64,000 nt of DNA, taken from positions 3,726 to 67,725 of the forward strand of contig QHUL01000052.1 in assembly GCA_003222115.1 (NCBI GenBank). The letters are read 5' to 3'. Shown in pieces: positions 8,798 to 18,210 of the stretch; position 1 is the stretch's first letter, and every line of letters starts with the position of its first letter. A program made the translations under genes and the position numbers. Origin of the DNA: Gemmatimonadota bacterium. GTDB taxonomy: Bacteria > Gemmatimonadota > Gemmatimonadetes > Gemmatimonadales > GWC2-71-9. The notes under the pieces were generated by a model. The model made no database searches. It saw only the letters and a list, made by a program, of their open reading frames with translations, and was not told where the DNA came from.

Positions 8798-10247
8798 CCT
8801 CCCGCTCCAGGCGCTCGGCTTCTTCCAGCAGTTCCCGTCCCCGGGACGGCTGCGACATCCCCGCGACGTTCACCCGCACGTTCTCCAGCGCGCCCAGCAC
8901 GGCCGCCCGGGCCAGGAGCTCCGCGACCTTGGCGTCCGATCGGGCGTTCTTGTTTCCGATGGCGCCGACCTCGCGAGCGAGCGGCACCAGCCGCGCGGCG
9001 CTGCGCGCGGTCGCGAGCGGGGTGCGGGCGGCGCTGAGAAGCGCATCATCGACGGCGGCCGCCCGCTCGGGATGGTCCTTCGGGACCAGGTAGGCCAGGC
9101 GCACCAGGTCGTACGCGGCGGCATCGAGATCGACGAGCGCCCGCTGCGCTCGCTGGGCCGCTTCCACCTCCTGCAGGATCGCGGCGACCCGGTCCTGGAC
9201 CGCCGCGTAGGCCTTGCGACCGGTGGTCAGCCGGCAAACCATGGCCACGAGGGCCGCCGCCAGGGCGCCGGCCAGCGCGGCCGCGCTGCCCCCGCCGGGC
9301 GTCGGGCTTGGCCCCGCGAGCTCCTGGATCCAGGCGTCGAGGCCTGGCCCCCCGCTCTCCCGGATCTTCGACTCGAGCAGATGGTTCATCACGTCGGAGC
9401 ACTTGAGCCACGCCGCCGCCGCGCCGATGACCGCGCGCTCGGGAATCAGGCCCACGACTTCGCTCTTCAGGATCCCGATGCCGCGCCGCCGCGCCTCCGC
9501 CTCGACCGCCGCGAACACCGTCGCCGGCGGCGTGACGTCGATGTCGAGCAGGTTCATCGACACCTGCGCTTTGCCGCCCACCTCGAACCCGCTCGCCTGC
9601 ACCGCCGGGAGCCCGCCGCTCGAGGTGCGGATCAACCTGGCGATGTCCTTCGCGGCGGCGACCTCCCCCGTGTCGAGATAGATGTTGTAGGCGACGAGGA
9701 ACGGTCGGGCGCCGATCGCGGTCGCTCCGGCCGTCGGATGGATCCGCTTGGGCCCGAAGTCTGGGTCGGCGGCGGGATCGCGGCCGATGCGCTCGCGCAA
9801 ACCCTCGAACTGTCCCTTGCGAAGGTCGGGGAGGCTCTCGCGCTCCGGCCGCGTCGCGGCGCGCGCGTACAGATACACGGGAATCGCCAGCTCGCGCCCC
9901 GCCCGCTCGGCGAGCGCCCGCGCCAGGACGACACAGTCCTCCATCGTGAGGTCGCGCACCGGGACGAACGGCACCACGTCCGTCGCCCCCATGCGGGGGT
10001 GCGCTCCCTGATGCTGCGTGAGATCGATGCGCTCCGTCGCCACGCGCATGGCGCGGAACGCCGCCTCGGCGGCGGCGGCGGGCGGTGCGACGAACGTGAA
10101 CACCGAGCGGTGATGCGCTGCGTCGGCCTGAACGTCGAGCAGCGTCACGGCCGGCACCGACGTCAGCGCGGCGCGCAGGGCGTCGAGCGTCGCCTGGTTC
10201 CGGCCCTCGGAAAAGTTGGGCACGCACTCGACGAGCGGAGCGGGCAC
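8781..10247 (-). CDS. ftcD: Bifunctional glutamate formimidoyltransferase / formimidoyl-THF cyclodeaminase
   Basis: N-domain has LVECVPNFSEGRN. C-domain has SPTPGGGSAAALAGALAAALVAMVCRLTTGRK, which is cyclodeaminase-like. I prefer the GTG at 10247. The longer track start (GTG at 10289) only adds a translation of the heptamer repeat. Confidence 0.8.
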   Translation of the reverse strand: MPAPLVECVPNFSEGRNQATLDALRAALTSVPAVTLLDVQADAAHHRSVFTFVAPPAAAAEAAFRAMRVATERIDLTQHQGAHPRMGATDVVPFVPVRDLTMEDCVVLARALAERAGRELAIPVYLYARAATRPERESLPDLRKGQFEGLRERIGRDPAADPDFGPKRIHPTAGATAIGARPFLVAYNIYLDTGEVAAAKDIARLIRTSSGGLPAVQASGFEVGGKAQVSMNLLDIDVTPPATVFAAVEAEARRRGIGILKSEVVGLIPERAVIGAAAAWLKCSDVMNHLLESKIRESGGPGLDAWIQELAGPSPTPGGGSAAALAGALAAALVAMVCRLTTGRKAYAAVQDRVAAILQEVEAAQRAQRALVDLDAAAYDLVRLAYLVPKDHPERAAAVDDALLSAARTPLATARSAARLVPLAREVGAIGNKNARSDAKVAELLARAAVLGALENVRVNVAGMSQPSRGRELLEEAERLEREVSSPS

Positions 10248-10256
10248 GGCAACGTC

Positions 10257-10345
10257 AACGCGGAACGCGGAACGTGGAACGCGGAACACAGCGACGAACC
10301 CACGTCGCCGTTCCGTTCCGCGTTCCGAGTTCCGCGTTCCGCGTT
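10257..10345. repeat. 89-bp palindrome built from inverted arrays of the heptamer GCGGAAC / GTTCCGC; probable terminator hairpin after suhB
   Basis: Left arm is AACGCGGAACGCGGAACGTGGAACGCGGAAC. Right arm is CGTTCCGTTCCGCGTTCCGAGTTCCGCGTTCCGCGTT. The centre carries a small GCGACG..CGTCGC inverted repeat. The element starts 1 nt beyond the suhB stop on the minus strand. Confidence 0.8.
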
Positions 10346-10346
10346 T

Positions 10347-11135
10347 TCATGACTTGTTCAGGACCTCCATGAGCCACGCATGCAGTCTCGGATTCCCCGC
10401 GACGATCGACCCGTGCCGCAGCACGTCGGGCTCCCCCTCGAGCGTCGTGACCACGCCCCCCGCCTCCCGGACCAGCACGACCCCGGCCGCGACGTCCCAC
10501 GGCGCCAGCACGAGCTCCCAGAAGGCGTCGAAGCGCCCCGCGGCGACGTCGGCGAGGTCGAGCGCCGCGGAGCCCGCGCGCCGGATACCGCTCGAGCCGC
10601 CCATCACGGCGGCGAACTGGTCCAGATATCGCCGCAGGGTGGGGAGCTGCTTGAACGGGAACCCGGTGCCGACGAGCGCGTGCCGGGGCTCGGTGAGCCG
10701 CGACACCCGCAGCCGCCGTTCACCCTGCCAGGCGCCGTGCGCGCTCGCCGCCCAGTACACGATGTCGCGAGCCACGTCGTGCACCACCCCCACGTCCAAC
10801 GTCCCACGCACCACACACGCGATCGACACCGCGTACTGCGGATAGCGGTGCAGGAAGTTCGTCGTGCCGTCGAGCGGATCGACGATCCACACGATCTCGC
10901 CCGCGCGCGTGCCCTCCGGTGTCAGCTCCTCGCCCACCACGGTCGAGCCGGGCACGGACGCCGTGAGCGTCTCGGCAATGAGCCGCTCCGTACCGCGGTC
11001 CGCCTCCGTCACGAAATCGTGCCGTGCCTTCTCCGTCCAGTCGGCCGGCGCCGGTGGCTCGAGCGCGCGCAGGTGGGTCGCGGCGCGCGCGGCGGCGCGC
11101 CGGGCCACATCGACTAAGTCTTTGAGATCACGCAC
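10347..11135 (-). CDS. suhB: Inositol monophosphatase family protein
   Basis: This is the C-terminal 262 aa of track ORF 10347..12062, and the rest of that ORF is antisense to trpS. GTG start at 11135. Motifs WIVDPLDGTTNF and WDVAAG. Confidence 0.8.
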   Translation of the reverse strand: MRDLKDLVDVARRAAARAATHLRALEPPAPADWTEKARHDFVTEADRGTERLIAETLTASVPGSTVVGEELTPEGTRAGEIVWIVDPLDGTTNFLHRYPQYAVSIACVVRGTLDVGVVHDVARDIVYWAASAHGAWQGERRLRVSRLTEPRHALVGTGFPFKQLPTLRRYLDQFAAVMGGSSGIRRAGSAALDLADVAAGRFDAFWELVLAPWDVAAGVVLVREAGGVVTTLEGEPDVLRHGSIVAGNPRLHAWLMEVLNKS

Positions 11136-11136
11136 C

Positions 11137-11166
11137 TTGCGGTGCCCCCGCTCGCGACCGTAGCTT
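11137..11166 (+). promoter_or_regulatory. Promoter-like hexamers TTGCGG-N18-TAGCTT upstream of trpS
   Basis: The -10-like box ends 8 nt before the trpS ATG (11175), so the mRNA would be leaderless or nearly so. The same motif recurs at other operon heads in this window. Confidence 0.35.
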
Positions 11167-11174
11167 GTGAGCCC

Positions 11175-12164
11175 ATGGCGCGCGTGTTTTCCGGCATTCA
11201 ACCCTCGGGCGAGTTGCACGTGGGCAACTATCTCGGTGCGGTGCAGAACTGGGTCCGGCTGCAGCACCAGCACGACTGCCTGTTCTGCATTGTGGACCTG
11301 CACGCCGTCACCCAGCCGTACGATGTGGCCACCCTGCGGCAGCGCACGCTCGACATGGCGGTCGGCCTGCTGGCCGCAGGGCTCGACCCCGAGCGGTGCA
11401 TCGTGTTCGTCCAGTCCCACGTGCCCGAGCATACCGAGCTGAACTGGCTGCTCACCACCGTCACCCCGCTCGGCGAGCTCGAGCGCCAGACGCAGTTCAA
11501 GGACAAGGCGCAGCGCCAGGAGAGCGTGCCGGCGGGCCTGCTGAACTATCCCGTGCTGCAGGCGGCCGACGTGCTCCTGTACCGCGCGTCGCTCGTTCCC
11601 GTGGGTGAGGACCAGCTCCAGCACCTGGAGCTGATGCGAGAGATCGCACGGCGCTGGAACGCGCGCTACGGCGCCGGGTTCTTCCCCGAGCCGCAGGCGC
11701 AGCTCACCACGGCCAAGCGGGTGCTCGGGCTCGACGGCCAGGCGAAGATGTCGAAGAGCCTGGGCAATACCATCGGGCTGCTCGATTCCCCGGAGCTGAT
11801 CTGGGAGAAGCTCAAGCCCGCGGCCACGGATCCCGCTCGCGTCACCCGCAAGGATCCCGGCAACCCCGACATCTGCAACATCTTCACGATCCACCAGGGG
11901 TTCTCGACCCCGGAAACGCAGAAGCAGGTGGCGACCAACTGCCGCACTGCGGCCTGGGGCTGCCTCGACTGCAAGCGGGTGCTGGCGGACAATATGATAG
12001 CGGCGCTCGCCCCGATCCGCGAGCGCGCCGCCACGCTGCAGGCCGATCCGGCGCGGGTGCACGCGACCCTGCGCCGGGGCGCGGTGAAGGCGCGGGCGCT
12101 GGCGCGCGAGACGATGGCGGAGGTGCGCCGCCGCATGGGCCTTCTCGAAGGAGCGACGGACTGA
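11175..12164 (+). CDS. trpS: Tryptophan--tRNA ligase
   Basis: MARVFSGIQPSGELHVGNYLGA carries the class I HIGH-like motif, and KMSKS is present. I chose the ATG at 11175 over the track GTG at 11142 because of the conserved N-terminus. Confidence 0.9.
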   Translation: MARVFSGIQPSGELHVGNYLGAVQNWVRLQHQHDCLFCIVDLHAVTQPYDVATLRQRTLDMAVGLLAAGLDPERCIVFVQSHVPEHTELNWLLTTVTPLGELERQTQFKDKAQRQESVPAGLLNYPVLQAADVLLYRASLVPVGEDQLQHLELMREIARRWNARYGAGFFPEPQAQLTTAKRVLGLDGQAKMSKSLGNTIGLLDSPELIWEKLKPAATDPARVTRKDPGNPDICNIFTIHQGFSTPETQKQVATNCRTAAWGCLDCKRVLADNMIAALAPIRERAATLQADPARVHATLRRGAVKARALARETMAEVRRRMGLLEGATD

Positions 12165-12835
12165 TGCAAGAGTTCATGCACAAAGCCGTGGAGGTGCTGC
12201 GGCTCGAGCTGATGGCTCAGCTCGCGCTCGGCACCATCCTCGGCGGCGCGATCGGTTTGGAGCGCGAGCTCGGCGGGAAGCCCGCGGGCCTCCGGACGAA
12301 TATCCTGATCTGCCTCGGCTCCGTCCTGTACACGAAGCTCTCCATCACCATGGCGACGGGGAACGCCGACCCCACCCGGGTGGCCGCGCAGATCGTCACG
12401 GGCGTCGGGTTCATCGGCGCCGGAACGATCCTGCACGCGCGCGGCATGGTGGTGGGGCTGACCAGTGCCGCCACGATCTGGGTGGTCGCGGCGATCGGGG
12501 TCGCGCTGGGCGCGGGTTTCTACCTCGAGGCGGTCGGCACCACCCTGCTCGTGCTCCTCGTGCTCCAGGGGCTGGGCCGCGTGGAGCTGGTCGTGGAGCG
12601 CCAATCGACGACGAGCCGCGTCTCGATCCACGCGCGGCCGGAGCCGACGGTACTGGAGGAGCTGGAGACCGTGGTGCGCCGCACGGGGCTGGACATCGTG
12701 CAGCAGCAGAGCCGCCGCGAGAATGTGGACCTGGTCGTGGACTTCGAGCTCCGGGGGCCCAAGCGGCTGCACGATCAGGTGATGGTGGCGCTGCTCCACC
12801 ATCCCGGCGTCCGGACCGTGTCGTCGGGGGAGTGA
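12164..12835 (+). CDS. MgtC/SapB family membrane protein
   Basis: 223 aa. GGAIGLERELGGKPAGLRTNILICLGS motif, followed by a soluble ACT-like C-terminal domain. Start overlaps the trpS stop as TGATG. Confidence 0.8.
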   Translation: MQEFMHKAVEVLRLELMAQLALGTILGGAIGLERELGGKPAGLRTNILICLGSVLYTKLSITMATGNADPTRVAAQIVTGVGFIGAGTILHARGMVVGLTSAATIWVVAAIGVALGAGFYLEAVGTTLLVLLVLQGLGRVELVVERQSTTSRVSIHARPEPTVLEELETVVRRTGLDIVQQQSRRENVDLVVDFELRGPKRLHDQVMVALLHHPGVRTVSSGE

Positions 12836-13860
12836 CCCGCCGGCTGGTGGTGGACCTCGCCTCGTCCTACGCGGCCTGGCGCGTCCCGGCGGGGACCGTG
12901 ACGGCGATTCGCGAGGCGCTGGGCGGCGGCTGGGAGGTCGTGCAGGTGCGGGAGCCGGCCGTCGCGGACGGCGACGGCGGCTCGGGGAGCGACGAGGCCG
13001 TGCGCGTCGCCCGGGGAGCGGAGATCTACATCGGGTACGGCCTGCCCCAGGGAGTCGGGGCCGCCGCCCGCGAGACGCTGCGGTGGGTGCACACCGCCAC
13101 GGCCGGGGTAGGCGCGAGCCTGCCGCGCATCAGAGGCACGGCGGTCGTCTTCACGAACTCGGCGGCCGTGCACGCGGAACCGATCGCCGATTGGGCCCTG
13201 GCGGCCGTCGCGTACTTCGCCCGCGGCCTCGACCGGATGCGCGAGGCGCAGGCCGCGGAATCGTGGGCGAGGGAAGAGTTCGCGAACCTTCGCTTCCCGG
13301 TGCGGGAGCTCCGCGACGTGCGACTGGGCGTCTTCGGTCTCGGGGGCATCGGCAGCGCGATCGCGCGCCGCGCGCTCGCGCTCGGGATGCCGGTCGCGGG
13401 CGTGCGGCGACGGCCGCAGCAGGGTGGGCCGCCGGGAGTCGGGTGGGTGGGGGGGCGGGACGACGTGCCGCGGCTCGCCGCCGAGAGCGACTGTCTCGTG
13501 ATCGCCGCGCCCCACACGGCGGAGACGCAGGGCGCCGTGGACCGGAGGGTGCTGGAGCGACTGCCGCGGGGCGCGATCGTCGTGAACGTGTCGCGCGGGT
13601 CGCTGCTCGACGAGCGGGCGCTGCTCGAGCTGCTGGACGCCGGCCAGCTGCGCGGCGCCGCGCTGGACGTGTTCGCGACCGAGCCGCTCCCGCCCGGCCA
13701 CCCGCTGTGGCGCCATCCCCGGGTACTCGTGAGCCCGCACGTGGCGGCGGTCACCGACCGGTTCTGGGAGCGCGAAACGGGGCTCATCGTCGAGAACCTC
13801 GGGCGCTATCTTGCAGGGACGCCCCTTGCGAACGTGGTCGACCCGGAGGCCGGATACTAG
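12832..13860 (+). CDS. D-isomer-specific 2-hydroxyacid dehydrogenase family protein
   Basis: 342 aa. NAD-binding GVFGLGGIGSAIARRA, plus SRGSLLDERAL and the VSPH motif. 4-nt overlap with the upstream gene. Confidence 0.8.
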   Translation: MTRRLVVDLASSYAAWRVPAGTVTAIREALGGGWEVVQVREPAVADGDGGSGSDEAVRVARGAEIYIGYGLPQGVGAAARETLRWVHTATAGVGASLPRIRGTAVVFTNSAAVHAEPIADWALAAVAYFARGLDRMREAQAAESWAREEFANLRFPVRELRDVRLGVFGLGGIGSAIARRALALGMPVAGVRRRPQQGGPPGVGWVGGRDDVPRLAAESDCLVIAAPHTAETQGAVDRRVLERLPRGAIVVNVSRGSLLDERALLELLDAGQLRGAALDVFATEPLPPGHPLWRHPRVLVSPHVAAVTDRFWERETGLIVENLGRYLAGTPLANVVDPEAGY

Positions 13861-15075
13861 ATGGAAGAGCAGAAACCTCGCAGCCCACGCGCGGGCGGCG
13901 CCGTGCCGACCCAGCCCCGTGGCATCGAGCAAATCATCAAGGCGGCCGTGGACCGCGGCGCTTCCGACCTGCACATCAAGGCGGGTGACGTGTTCCGGGC
14001 GCGGATCGACGGCAAGCTGGTCCCGCTCACGAAGCAGCGCCTCACTCCCGAGCAGACGCGGGCGATCGCCCTGCGCCTCCTTCCGAGCGACGAGGAGCGG
14101 GCCCGGATCGACCGGGTGCGCGATTACGATTGTTCCTGGGGCGCCCCGGGAATCGGGCGGTTTCGGGTCAACATTCTGCGGCAGCGCTCGTCCTTCATGA
14201 TCGTGCTGCGGGTCATCCCGTTCGACGTGCCGTCGTTCGACTCGCTCAAGCTGCCGCCGGTGCTCACGACCGTCGCCGCGGCCGAGCGGGGCATGATCCT
14301 CGTCACGGGCGTCACCGGCTCAGGAAAGAGCTCGACGATGGCGGCCATCATCAATCACATCAATCAGACGCAAAACAAGCATGTCGTCACGCTCGAAAAC
14401 CCGATCGAGTTCCTGCACCGCGACATCAGCTGCTCGGTGACGCAACGCGAGATCGGGGTGGACACGGACGACTTCCGCATGGGTCTCCGGGCCGCCCTGC
14501 GCCAGGACCCGGACGTCGTGCTGATCGGCGAGATGCGGGACGCCGAAACGATCGACACCGCCATGAAGGCGGCGGAGACGGGCCATCTCGTGGTCTCGAC
14601 CCTGCATACGCCGGACGCGGTGACCACGGTGAGCCGCGTCGTGGCGATGTTTCAGCCCGAGGAGCAGGAGATCGCCCGCGTGCGTCTCTCCGAGGCGCTG
14701 CAGGCCGTGGTCTCCCAGCGCCTGCTCCCTCGCGCCGATGGGCGCGGCCGCGTGGCTGCCGTGGAGGTCCTGATCTGCACGGGGACGGCGCGCGACATGA
14801 TCAAAGACCCGAATCGCGCCGGCGAGCTCCACGACTACATCCGCGACGCGCGGGAGCAGTACGGCATGCAGACCTTCGACCAGCACCTCATGGAGCTGGT
14901 GGCGGAGGGGGTCGTCGCCTACGAGACCGCGCTGGCGGCCGCCTCGAACCCCGCCGACTTCGAGCTGCAGATGCGGACGCTGCGTCGGCGCCCGCGGGTC
15001 GGCCCGCCTGCGGGGGCCGTCGAGAAACCGGCAGGCTTCAGCGACGACCTGTCGAGCCTGCTACCGCCCTCGTGA
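13861..15075 (+). CDS. pilT: Type IV pilus twitching-motility ATPase, PilT family
   Basis: 404 aa. ASDLHIKAG, Walker A GVTGSGKSST, LRQDPDVVLIGEMRD and GHLVVSTLHT. Confidence 0.85.
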   Translation: MEEQKPRSPRAGGAVPTQPRGIEQIIKAAVDRGASDLHIKAGDVFRARIDGKLVPLTKQRLTPEQTRAIALRLLPSDEERARIDRVRDYDCSWGAPGIGRFRVNILRQRSSFMIVLRVIPFDVPSFDSLKLPPVLTTVAAAERGMILVTGVTGSGKSSTMAAIINHINQTQNKHVVTLENPIEFLHRDISCSVTQREIGVDTDDFRMGLRAALRQDPDVVLIGEMRDAETIDTAMKAAETGHLVVSTLHTPDAVTTVSRVVAMFQPEEQEIARVRLSEALQAVVSQRLLPRADGRGRVAAVEVLICTGTARDMIKDPNRAGELHDYIRDAREQYGMQTFDQHLMELVAEGVVAYETALAAASNPADFELQMRTLRRRPRVGPPAGAVEKPAGFSDDLSSLLPPS

Positions 15076-15953
15076 CGGAGCAGAAGCTCGGGGGCGTGCT
15101 CGCCCCCCTCACCACACCGTTCGACAGCGCCACGGGCGACCTCGCGCCGGTTCATCTCCGGCGCAACGTGGCGAGCCTCGTCGAGCAGGGCATCGACGGC
15201 TTCGTGGTGGCGGGCTCCACGGGGGAGGCGGCGCTGCTCGATCCGGACGAGCAGCGCCGGCTCGTCGCCTGGGTGCGGGAGGTGCTGCCCGACGGCGGCT
15301 GGCTCGTGGCTGGGACCGGCGCCGAGTCCACGCGCGCGGCGGTGCGGCTGACGCTGGCGGCCGCCGAGGAGGGTGCGGACGCGGTGCTGGTGCGGCCTCC
15401 CGGGTACTTCGCCGCCGCCACGTCGCCCGCGAGCCTCGCCGACTACTACCGGGCCGTGGCCGATGCGAGCTCCGTGCCCGTGCTCGTGTACAACATCCCC
15501 AAGTACACGCACCTCACGGTCGAGGCCGGGCTGCTCCGGCAACTGGCCGCTCATCCCAACATCGTCGGCGTGAAGGATTCCGCGGCCGACGCGAAGAACC
15601 TCGCGGCCTACCGCGACGCCGTGCCCGAGTGGTCCGTGCTCGTCGGCTCGGCGTCGCTGTTCTACGCGGCGCTGGAGATGGGATGCGACGGGGGGGTCCT
15701 CGCGGCCGCCTGCTTCGCCGGGCGGCTGTGCGCGGACCTCCAGGCGGCCTACCGGGCGGGGGACCGTGCCCGGGCGGGGCGGTTGCAGGAGCGCCTCGCG
15801 CCGCTCGACAAGGAGATCGTCGGCAAGCTCGGTCCCGCGGGCGTGAAGGCCGCGATGGACGCTGTGGGGCTGTACGGGGGGCCCTGCCGGGCGCCCCTCG
15901 CGCCGGTGCCCCGGGCCGTGCGGGAGCGCGTGGCCCAGCTCGTTGCCGCGTGA
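15072..15953 (+). CDS. Dihydrodipicolinate synthase (DapA/NAL) family protein
   Basis: This is the last 293 aa of track ORF 14130..15953. GTG overlaps the pilT stop as GTGA. Contains LTTPFD, GFVVAGSTGEAALL and YNIPKYT. Confidence 0.75.
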   Translation: MTEQKLGGVLAPLTTPFDSATGDLAPVHLRRNVASLVEQGIDGFVVAGSTGEAALLDPDEQRRLVAWVREVLPDGGWLVAGTGAESTRAAVRLTLAAAEEGADAVLVRPPGYFAAATSPASLADYYRAVADASSVPVLVYNIPKYTHLTVEAGLLRQLAAHPNIVGVKDSAADAKNLAAYRDAVPEWSVLVGSASLFYAALEMGCDGGVLAAACFAGRLCADLQAAYRAGDRARAGRLQERLAPLDKEIVGKLGPAGVKAAMDAVGLYGGPCRAPLAPVPRAVRERVAQLVAA

Positions 15954-16840
15954 CCGATTACCGCGCCCTCCTCGACCAGCTCGCCGTCCCCCGGCTCGTC
16001 GGCTCCCCCAATCACGCGAGGGTGCGAGGCTTGCTGACGGGCGAGCTCACGGCGCGGGGGTTCGTCGTGCTGGAGCAACGGTTCGCGGCGTCGCCTCGGG
16101 CACCGCTGTGGGGCCGCAAGGTGGCGGAGGGCGTCAACCTGGTGGGTGTCCGGCCGCGCGCCCGCGTCACCGCCTGGCTCGCTGCGCACTACGACTCGAA
16201 GGGCCAGCCGATGTCGATGGCGGCGCGCCTGCTGTTGGCGGCGGCCTGCGCCCTCTCCCTCGTGGTCGCGCTGGGGATCGTCGCGGCAGGAGGGCCGCTC
16301 GCCGCGCTCGCGCCGGCGGCCGCCCTGGGGGCGCTGTTCCTCGCGTTGAGCCGCGTGACGGAGCGCTCGCCAGGCGCGCTGGACAACGCCGTGGGGGTGG
16401 TCACGGTCCTGCGCGCGCTCGATGCGCTCCCCGCCGACGCACCGGTCGGCGTGATCTTTCCCGATGCCGAAGAGCTGGGCCTGCTCGGCGCCGCGGTGCT
16501 CGCGCGCGAGCGCGCCAACCTCCTCCAGGACACGGTCGTCGTTAATTTCGACGGTCTCGACGATCGGGGCGCGACGACCGCACTGGTGCACCGGCCCGGT
16601 CCCATCGTGGACCGCGTCGTCGCGGCCGTGGGCGCGCGCAGGCGGCGCTGGCCGGTGCTCGTGGATGGGATCGTGCTCGCGAGGGCGGCGCGGGAGTGCG
16701 TGACGATCATGCGCGGCGACTGGGGCACGGCCCGGGTCGTGCACACGCCGCGGGATACCGCGGATCGGCTCACGCTGGAGGGCTGTCGCCACGTGGCTGA
16801 CCGGGTTGCGGGGGTCCTCGCCCAGATGTTCCCATCCTGA
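15950..16840 (+). CDS. M28-family metallopeptidase with a hydrophobic insertion
   Basis: 296 aa. GTG overlaps the upstream stop as GTGA. M28 motifs AAHYDS, GALDN and FPDAEELGLLGA. A ~53-aa two-helix hydrophobic insert sits between the first two motifs. Confidence 0.6.
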   Translation: MTDYRALLDQLAVPRLVGSPNHARVRGLLTGELTARGFVVLEQRFAASPRAPLWGRKVAEGVNLVGVRPRARVTAWLAAHYDSKGQPMSMAARLLLAAACALSLVVALGIVAAGGPLAALAPAAALGALFLALSRVTERSPGALDNAVGVVTVLRALDALPADAPVGVIFPDAEELGLLGAAVLARERANLLQDTVVVNFDGLDDRGATTALVHRPGPIVDRVVAAVGARRRRWPVLVDGIVLARAARECVTIMRGDWGTARVVHTPRDTADRLTLEGCRHVADRVAGVLAQMFPS

Positions 16841-16847
16841 AGGAGCG

Positions 16848-16876
16848 TTGACGCGCGCCGACGACTGGTCTAGCTT
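16848..16876 (+). promoter_or_regulatory. Promoter-like hexamers TTGACG-N17-TAGCTT upstream of purA
   Basis: Read directly from the sequence, 8 nt after the upstream stop. Same motif family as at the trpS and 44228 sites. Confidence 0.35.
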
Positions 16877-16893
16877 CCCCCAGAGGATACCCT

Positions 16894-16920
16894 CGCCCCG
16901 TCCCCCGGGGCGTTTTTATT
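16894..16920 (+). terminator. Intrinsic terminator hairpin: CGCCCCG-tcccc-CGGGGCG followed by TTTTTATT
   Basis: Perfect 7-bp GC stem with a 5-nt loop and a T-tract. It lies between the promoter-like site and the purA RBS/ATG (GGAG at 16921, ATG at 16930). Confidence 0.65.
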
Positions 16921-16929
16921 GGAGTCGCA

Positions 16930-18206
<1,277 letters not shown>

Positions 18207-18210
<4 letters not shown>

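Noticed and set aside
10248-10289. N-terminal MFRVPRSAFRVDVA of the longest ftcD ORF
   Set aside because: These codons are simply the heptamer-repeat palindrome read in frame. The conserved formimidoyltransferase N-terminus (LVECVPNFSEG) starts just after the GTG at 10247. I kept the longer start only as an alternative.
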